A DNA stretch of 6,435 nt from Octopus sinensis (taxonomy: Eukaryota): assembly GCF_006345805.1 (NCBI RefSeq), contig NW_021829352.1, forward strand, positions 1 through 6,435, given 5' to 3'. The notes under the pieces were generated by a model. The model searched no databases. It worked only from the letters and a program-made list of their open reading frames with translations, and had not been told where the DNA came from. A program made the position numbers and the translations under genes. Of this stretch, positions 1 to 5,935 are shown piece by piece. The number at the start of each line of letters is the position of its first letter. Position 1 is the stretch's first letter.

Positions 1-47
1 TGCGCTCGGTAGTGAAGTGAAAGCACGCTATAAAAATAAAACTACTA
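1..47 (+). mobile_element. Possible 3' terminus of an upstream non-LTR retroelement (cut by window edge)
   Basis: Short unique sequence with AATAAA at 35-40, then ACTACT, running straight into (AAT)11. This is the same unique-sequence-then-(AAT)n layout as the 3' end at 548. No coding sequence is visible, so the call is inferential. Confidence 0.35.

Positions 48-80
<33 letters not shown>
48..80 (+). repeat. (AAT)11 microsatellite, 5' flank of R4-like element A
   Basis: Perfect AAT repeat read directly. Confidence 0.97.
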
Positions 81-82
<2 letters not shown>

Positions 83-91
83 TATGATATG

Positions 92-358
92 ATTGATATG
101 ACTGTCCCAATCGATATAAACGTATCTGTCAAGACCTACCAAAAACTGAGCAAATATAAAGATCTTGAAATAGAAATCAGCAAAATGTGGAACCTGAAGA
201 CTAAAACAATACCTGTTGTCATAGGTGCCCTGGGAATAATAGCGAAAGGGGCTGATTGCTACCTAACTCAGATACCAGGAAACCCCAAAATGGCAGAAAT
301 TCAAAAGATAGTGCTCATGGGAACTGCTCATATCCTACGCAAAATACTCTCTATATAA
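92..358 (+). pseudogene. Uninterrupted C-terminal fragment of the element A ORF (RLE domain end)
   Basis: No stops or frameshifts from 92 to TAA at 356-358. The ATG at 89 lies in junction sequence, so this is not an independent gene. The catalytic PD motif, zinc knuckle and RT are absent because of 5' truncation. Confidence 0.85.
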
Positions 359-548
359 TCCCAAGGTTTAAAACAAACTTTTTTTTAAAAAAATTATGTA
401 TTAGACATTCATTAGTACAACACCACCCCCCAAATATATGGCACACTAGGCATAACAACAACGTGAACTTCCAACCTGTTGTCTCTTGAGGTCTCTGGGT
501 GAGACTTGGAGCCAACTTGTACAAATATAAAGCAAAATTCAAACAGAG
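92..548 (+). mobile_element. 5'-truncated RLE non-LTR retrotransposon, R4/Dong-like (element A): endonuclease C-terminus plus about 190 nt 3' UTR
   Basis: Translation IDMTVPID-x-KLSKYKDLEIEISKMW-x-PVVIGALG-x-QKIVLMGTAHILRKILSI* fits the RLE C-terminus pattern (D-x3-P-x-D, K-x2-KY-x2-L, W, P-x3-GALG, QK-x2-L-x-GTA). Stop at 356-358, non-coding 359-548, then (AAT)n. Clade assigned from motif recall. Confidence 0.85.

Positions 549-623
<75 letters not shown>
549..623 (+). repeat. (AAT)25 with one ACT interruption; tail or target of element A
   Basis: Read directly; ACT at 561-563. Confidence 0.97.
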
Positions 624-624
<1 letters not shown>

Positions 625-714
625 TAAAATTATTAGAAAATATATGTATATAGGTAGCTAGCTAGATAGATAAATAAGTTGCACGGACACAGAACTACCA
701 GTCTTGGAACTACC

Positions 715-780
715 ATTACTCAAGATAATCGTGAGATGGAATTGAGAACTCAGAACAATTGGGTCTCAAAGTCAATACGA
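715..780 (-). mobile_element. Possible highly degenerate tRNA-derived SINE remnant
   Basis: GAACTCAGAAC at 746-756 is identical to 4199-4209 and 4682-4692. On the minus strand it reads GTTCTGAGTTCTCAATTCC, which resembles a B box. The match is short and could be chance. Confidence 0.3.
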
Positions 781-821
781 TTTTTTTAAGTCATCGAAAC
801 AACACGTCTTTTGTGGAGCTC

Positions 822-1332
822 ATATGAGTGAGTATGTGTGTGTGTGTGTGTGAATATATGAGTGTATGCGTAATTGCGTGTAGGAGTATGTGAGCATCGA
901 GAGTTCTTATTTGCCAATCAAACTTTTCCTGCCCCGCTTGTTGTTCACTTTTCTTTTTGCTTTTCACTGTACTCATCATATTTCTATGCAAGTGTGCGAG
1001 CGTGTATGTATATGTATATGTGTTGTGTGTGTGTGCATATATATGTATTTATTTACATGTACACACACACATACACATATGTACATGCATCAAATAAATA
1101 TGTATAAATATATAAATATATACATATAACTTATATATTTGTACATGCATTTCATATATATATAATGTCTATACATACATATACATACATACATACAACA
1201 ATATATTATATATAATATTATATATATATTATATATACAAATGTATATATAAATATATATATACATTTATTATATATATTAAATATATTAATATACGAAT
1301 GTATATATAATGTATAATATGAAAATATAAGA

Positions 1333-1396
<64 letters not shown>

Positions 1397-1486
1397 TATA
1401 TTATATATATAAAACACCACCACACAACACACACACCCACACCCCACCATATATATATACATATATACATATATATATATATACAT
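822..1486. repeat. Compound imperfect (TG)n/(TATG)n/(CA)n/(TA)n microsatellite block
   Basis: Largely alternating purine-pyrimidine sequence read directly; explains the ORFs rich in Y/I/C/V/H/T. Confidence 0.95.
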
Positions 1487-1576
1487 CGGCAGCAAGACAT
1501 TTTTTTTCTTTGTTATACGTGTTGTTTCTTAACATTTAGTTCTTATTTCTCTCGCCTCAATTAATTACATCTCCAG

Positions 1577-1687
1577 CCACCACCACCTCCAACCACCACC
1601 ACCACCACCAATACCACCTTCGCCACCACCACAACCACCACCACCACCACCACCGCCGCCGCCGACGCAGCCGCCACCACAAACACC
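1577..1687. repeat. Imperfect (CAC)n/(GCC)n trinucleotide tract
   Basis: Read directly. Confidence 0.93.
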
Positions 1688-1835
1688 TCATGTCCTTAAC
1701 GTCTCTTCAACTGATTTAAATATTTTATCTTCCATTTTTTTCACCATTTTTAAAAGACTATTTCTCAGCCACTTCTTTTCGCCTCCATCTTTTGAACAAC
1801 GATTTCGCTCACGTCTTTTTTTCTTTTTGATGAAG

Positions 1836-1921
1836 CTGTTGTTGTCCTTGTTATTATTATTATCATTATATATTATTATTATTATTATTATTATTATATT
1901 ATTATTATTATATTATTATTA

Positions 1922-2000
<79 letters not shown>

Positions 2001-2011
2001 TTATTCTTTTA

Positions 2012-2042
<31 letters not shown>

Positions 2043-2115
2043 TATTATTATTATTATCATCATCATCATTATTATTATTATTGTTATTATTATTATGATT
2101 GTTGTTGTTGTTGTT
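1836..2115. repeat. Long imperfect (TTA)n tract with (TCA)n and (TTG)n segments
   Basis: Read directly; reads (AAT)n on the minus strand. Confidence 0.96.
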
Positions 2116-2190
2116 CCTTCTTTAAATGTATTTTCCGTTTTCATCATGGCGTCCTCACCATAAAAAAAATCTTTAGTCGTTTTCAACCAC

Positions 2191-2294
2191 TTTCATCTTT
2201 TATTCTTAATCTTTCATCTTTTTACTTTTTTCTGTCGTTCAACTCCGGCCAATCTGGGCACCGCCTTCTTGGGTTTAGTCGGACAAATCCACCC
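2191..2294 (-). mobile_element. Probable 3' fragment of a SINE with an (AAAGAT)-like tail
   Basis: Minus strand reads GGGTGGATTTGTCCGAC (similar to the GGTCGAT-N-TCGAC motif of the 4094-4761 SINEs), then AAGGCGGTGCCCAG..TGGCC and AAGTAAAAAGATGAAAGAT repeats. It resembles an octopus SINE 3' end that I recall. Confidence 0.5.
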
Positions 2295-2341
2295 AAGGCC
2301 TTTTTTTAAAGCTTGTACATATTCTAACTACCGCGCGCGTG

Positions 2342-2354
2342 CACACACACACAC
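2342..2354. repeat. (CA)n, forming the (TG)n tail of the adjacent CORE-type SINE
   Basis: Read directly, immediately 3' of the SINE on the minus strand. Confidence 0.8.
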
Positions 2355-2355
2355 G

Positions 2356-2490
2356 TACGACAGGCTTCTTCCAGTTTCCGTCTACCAAATCCACTCACAA
2401 GGTTTTGGTCAGTCCAAGGTTATAGTAGAAGACACATATCCGAGGTAACACGCAGTGGGACTGAACCTGGAACCATGTTTTGGGGAAGGA
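2356..2490 (-). mobile_element. tRNA-derived CORE-type SINE (similar to octopus OR1/OR2), lacking its 5' A-box head
   Basis: Minus strand: B box GGTTCAGTCCC (2467-2457); CORE-like ACCTCGGATATGTGTCTTCTACTATAACCTTGG (compare the MIR core ACCTTGGGCAAG); 3' part GTGAGTGGATTTGGTAGACGGAAACTG; (TG)n tail. Family name is from recall. Confidence 0.75.
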
Positions 2491-2493
2491 AAA

Positions 2494-2662
2494 TGTTGTT
2501 ATTATTATTATTATTTTATTATTATATATTATTATTATTTATTATTATTATATTATTATTATTATTATTATATTATTATTATTATTATTATATCATAATT
2601 ACTGTATCATTATTGTTATTGTTGTTGTGTTGTTTGTTTGTTGTTATTGTTGTTGTCGTTGT
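2494..2662. repeat. Imperfect (TTA)n grading into (TTG)n; 3' flank of element B
   Basis: Read directly; reads (AAC)n then (AAT)n on the minus strand. Confidence 0.95.
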
Positions 2663-3921
2663 TGCGGTTCGAAACAATGCTGTTTTCTGCAAGTGCTCCA
2701 TCCTTATTGCAACCCCTATTTGTTCCATGTACTTCTCAAGATTTTTGCTCACTGTTCCCAGGGCTCCGACAATTATTGGTACTACTACCACCTTTTTCAT
2801 CGACCACAACTGCTTAACTTCCCAAGCTAACCTGTCATATCTCTCGACTTTTCTTTCTTCCTTATCGCATACCTTGTTGTCAGCTGGGCATGCTATGTCT
2901 ATGATCCAGCATAATTTGTTTTCTTTCTCAATTAAGACTATGTCCGGCTTCCTATTCTCAATCTCATGGTCGCACTGAATCATAAAATCACACAGGAGCT
3001 TTGCATTTCTATATTCGACAATGCCTTCGGGTTTGTGGTCGTACCAATTTTTTGCTCTGTCAAGTCCATACTTGTTGCAAAGTGTCCAATGGACAAGCCT
3101 GGCTATATTGTCGTGGCGTCTCTTATATTCCTTCTTGGATAGTGGCGTACACTGTCTGGTAATATGCCATACTGTTTCACTGTTTTGTCCACACATTCTG
3201 CCCTTATTACTTTCTGATGTGTTGCCTATTCTGTATTTTATGCCTGTTTCACTTTTAGTCATCCACAGCCGTCTTTTTTCTCTGTCTCTTTTATCTTCAA
3301 CATCCCTATGAAATTGACCATGCATTCTTTTCTTTACCCACCTATTTTCAGTTTCATTCGTTTTCAATTTCTTGTATAGGGCTTCATCTTTGCAATCTTT
3401 CATCCTTCACAAGCCTGACCTTCCTACTTCTAATATTAGCGGTTCTGTGGCATTTTTTACATACCATCCTATGCTGTTTTCTTCTGCTCTAATGCTGTGT
3501 TCGCATCCAATAAGTCCACTTTCCTCTCTTTTTCTTGGTACATACAGTCTGTATGAGTCACTTTTTGGAGTGACCCACATCTAGTTCGCAACTTCCTTGT
3601 CTTTCTGTCTAAGTTGTTTTGTTCGCCTACTCTTCATGCGATTGCCCCTGCTCTATATTTAAGGAGTGAAACCATCCAGGTGTTGATAGCTTCGCTCTTA
3701 TTCCGCCCGTTTAATTTCGACTTAAGGATCAGTCTCAGTCTGCGCAAGTACTCCACCTTAAATTTTTCTGTCATTTCTTTCTCCATCAATTTATCCATTT
3801 CCAAAATCCCCAAGTACTTATAGCTCCTTTCTTCTATCCGCCCCATAACCCCACCCGACGGTATCGTTAGTCCGTCCATACATTTGATTTTGCCTCTCTT
3901 CAAGACTAACCACCACACTTT
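2663..3921 (-). mobile_element. Decayed RLE non-LTR retrotransposon, R4/Dong-like (element B), truncated at both ends
   Basis: Minus-strand translation across frames gives: RT end/thumb LVLKRGK..YKYLGI..YLRRLRLILKSKLNGRNK..AINTW; LDRKTRK; PKSD..RLYVPRK; zinc knuckle (G)RMC-x8-H-x4-C; RHD; RKPDIVL..IIDIACPAD; KVERYDRL; PIIVGALG; LQKTAL. This is the RT-CCHC-RLE order of R2/R4-group elements. Confidence 0.9.
2663..3921 (-). pseudogene. Disrupted RT-endonuclease polyprotein remnant of element B
   Basis: In-frame TGA at 3636-3634 (where W is expected) and at 3409-3407; frameshift near 3568 (L-[H]-PKSD); first knuckle Cys replaced by Gly (GGC at 3202-3200); apparent internal deletion near 3240-3255; last codons and 3' UTR missing. 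Confidence 0.9.
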
Positions 3922-3969
3922 CTTCTTCTTCTTCTTCTTCTTCTTCTTCTTCTTCTTCTTCTTCTTCTT

Positions 3970-3997
<28 letters not shown>
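3920..3997. repeat. (TTC)26 perfect microsatellite at the 5' junction of element B
   Basis: 78 nt counted directly. Confidence 0.97.
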
Positions 3998-4064
<67 letters not shown>

Positions 4065-4088
4065 GATTATTATTATTATTATTATTAT
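3998..4088. repeat. (TTA)n microsatellite between element B and SINE copy 1
   Basis: Read directly; one TGA interruption. Confidence 0.97.
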
Positions 4089-4093
4089 AATAA

Positions 4094-4272
4094 GGACAGA
4101 CAAACAGATTAAGTCGATTATATCGACCGCAGTGCATAACTGCATAACTGGTACTTATTTAATCGACCCCGAAAGGATGAAAGGCAAAGTCGACCATTGA
4201 ACTCAGAACGTAGCTGTAGACGAAATACCGCTAAGCATTCGCCCGTGCTAACGATTCTGCCGGCTCGCCGCC

Positions 4273-4274
<2 letters not shown>
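4094..4274 (-). mobile_element. tRNA-derived SINE, copy 1
   Basis: Minus strand starts AAGGCGGCGAGCCGGCAGAATCGTTAGCAC (A-box-like). GAGTTCAA marks a B box whose 3' half is deleted. Central domain GGTCGACTTTGCCTTTCATCCTTTCGGGGTCGATTAAATAAGTACCAG is shared with copies 2 and 3. There is an 8-nt tandem duplication TGCATAAC at 4133-4148. Confidence 0.85.

Positions 4275-4342
<68 letters not shown>
4274..4342. repeat. (TAA)10 joined to (TTA)13; perfect 60-bp palindrome at 4274-4333
   Basis: Counted directly; centre between 4303 and 4304. Confidence 0.95.
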
Positions 4343-4343
<1 letters not shown>

Positions 4344-4354
4344 CATTATTAATA

Positions 4355-4569
4355 TGGTTTCAAATTTTATCACAATGCCAGCAATCTTAGAGGTGAAATA
4401 ATTTGATTACATTGATCCAAGTGTTCAACTGGTACTTATATTTTGACCCCAAAAGGATTAAAGGCAAAGACGGCCTCAAAGGAATTTGAACCTCTGAACG
4501 TAAGGGCGGACGAAATGCTTCTAAGGACTTTGTTTGGCGTGATAACGTTTCTGCCAGATGACCGCTCCT
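4355..4569 (-). mobile_element. tRNA-derived SINE, copy 2 (apparently full length, more diverged)
   Basis: A-box-like TGGCAGAAACGT (4556-4545), B box GGTTCAAATTCC (4492-4481), same central domain as copy 1, 3' end ...TTGTGATAAAATTTGAAACCA followed by (AAT)n. Confidence 0.82.
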
Positions 4570-4761
4570 GAAATTTTGGGAGAGAGGTGTAGTCAATTAT
4601 ATCGGCCCCCAATATGTAACAGGTACTTATTTCATCGACCCCCGTAAGGATGAAAGGCAATCTTGGACCTTGACGTAATTTGAACTCAGAACTGAAAGTC
4701 TGTCGAAATGTCGCGAAGCATTTTGTCCGGCGTGCTAAAGGTTTGACCAGGTGGTGGCCTT
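4567..4761 (-). mobile_element. tRNA-derived SINE, copy 3 (3'-truncated, abuts copy 2)
   Basis: Head AAGGCCACCACCTGG..TTAGCACGCCGG, B box GAGTTCAAATT, central domain TTGCCTTTCATCCTTACGGGGGTCGATGAAATAAGTACC; alignable to copies 1 and 2 by eye. Confidence 0.82.
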
Positions 4762-4888
4762 AAAACCGCAAACTGGTCCTTCTGATATTGGACAAAGTAA
4801 ACTATATGTGATCTATAACTGGTGTTGCCTGACCATTTGACCCAGGGGTAGTTTAAGAAGGAAGGCACGGAAATTGACGAATACAAAC

Positions 4889-4983
4889 CATCATCCCCAA
4901 CACCATCATCATCATCATCACCACCACCAGCACCACCACCTTCGCCGCCGCCGCCGCCACCACTACCAACACCACCACCACCA
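4889..4983. repeat. Imperfect (CAT)n/(CAC)n/(GCC)n trinucleotide tract
   Basis: Read directly. Confidence 0.93.
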
Positions 4984-5341
4984 TTTTGACTTTCATCTTC
5001 TTGATCAATAATTTTTATGTCATTAAGTCTATCTTTTAATCACCAATTTTTTTCATCCCATAATTATCTTGAAGTTCTGAAAATTTTTTTGTTTATTTAA
5101 AAAAGTTTTTTTTAATATTTGTGTTTTGAAATTTATTTATTTATTTATTCATTTGAATTCTTCTTGATGTTGTTGTTGTTTGTTATTTGCTAACGAGTTG
5201 CGTCTTTCGTTTAAAATTTTTATTTTTATTTAATTTTTTTTTTATTTCAAGTATATTTTGAAGTTAAAAGGTTTAAAGATATATTTGAAGATTATGACAC
5301 TTAACAATCGCCATGAAGTTGGAAATAACTTTCCATGCACT

Positions 5342-5398
5342 CACACACACACACACACAACACACACACACACACACACACACACAAAACACACACAC

Positions 5399-5434
<36 letters not shown>

Positions 5435-5462
5435 CTCTCTCTCCCACACACTCACACATACA
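5342..5462. repeat. Imperfect (CA)n with a short (CT)n
   Basis: Read directly. Confidence 0.95.
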
Positions 5463-5547
5463 CTTAAATGCACGTAGAAGCTAGCGTAAATTTTTTAGCC
5501 TCAACTTGAGGGAGAAAAATTTTCTCCTTTCATTGACATATAGATTA

Positions 5548-5776
5548 ATGTATGTGTATGTATGTATGTATGTATGTATGTATGTATGTATGTATGTGTA
5601 TGTATGTATGTATGTAATGTATATATGTATGTATATATATATGTATATATATATATGTATGTATGCATATATGTATGTATATATATTTATATATATATAT
5701 ATATAAAATATTATATATATATAATATATGTTATTAATTTATATATATATATATAACATATATATATAATATATAT

Positions 5777-5816
<40 letters not shown>

Positions 5817-5935
5817 GGGGAGGAGAGAGAGATTTACACTCATATGTCTACATATGTCTACATACATATATATGTATGTATGCATGTATGTAGTATGTAT
5901 ATTTATGTGCATATGTATGTGCTTATGCGTAAATA
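5548..5935. repeat. Compound (TATG)n/(TA)n/(GA)n/(TACA)n microsatellite block
   Basis: Read directly: TATG units about 5548-5615, TA-rich to about 5782, purine tract about 5783-5832, TA/TG-rich to about 5935. Confidence 0.95.

Noticed and set aside
29-40. TATAAAA as a TATA box for the 89-358 ORF
   Set aside because: The ORF is a truncated retrotransposon fragment, and the word overlaps AATAAA in very AT-rich DNA.
41-570. Target-site duplication around element A (ACT plus AAT repeats on both sides)
   Set aside because: Both flanks are microsatellite, so a TSD cannot be delimited; the ACT match is too short.
791-2309. ORFs rich in Y/I/C/V/H/T/L, some resembling membrane proteins (also those at 3884-4145 and 5258-5960)
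   Set aside because: Direct translations of di- and trinucleotide microsatellites.
2475-3823. Plus-strand ORFs 2475-2978, 2480-2830, 3021-3311, 3372-3584 and 3614-3823
   Set aside because: Antisense shadows of element B or translated (TTA)n; no independent motifs.
2663-3921. RT plus PD-(D/E)xK nuclease as a prokaryotic retron, DGR or restriction system
   Set aside because: The domain order with a CCHC knuckle and RHD motif, and the repeat context, fit a eukaryotic RLE non-LTR retrotransposon.
3634-4137. 167-aa ORF joining a SINE-derived ATG, poly-N, poly-K and an RT thumb fragment
   Set aside because: Chance in-frame read-through of (AAT)n and (AAG)n, which are stop-free in this frame. Only the part below about 3921 is real homology, and it ends at a nonsense codon.
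4094-4761. Repeated GGTACTTAT...GACCCC...AAAGGCAA blocks as a CRISPR array or tRNA gene cluster
   Set aside because: The units are about 200-nt diverged SINE copies, not short identical repeats with unique spacers. No full cloverleaf or cas genes are visible.
4815-4878. Possible fourth, very degenerate SINE copy (AACTGGT...TTGACCC...AAGGCA...CGGAAATTGA)
   Set aside because: Only short words match and the spacing needs several indels; not distinguishable from chance by eye.
4686-5039. Stop-free minus frame encoding LKDRLNDIKIIDQEDESQNGGGG...DDDDD...
   Set aside because: The Gly/Asp runs come from (GGT)/(GGC)/(GAT) repeats, the 3' part overlaps SINE copy 3, there is no ATG, and there is no polypyrimidine acceptor upstream.
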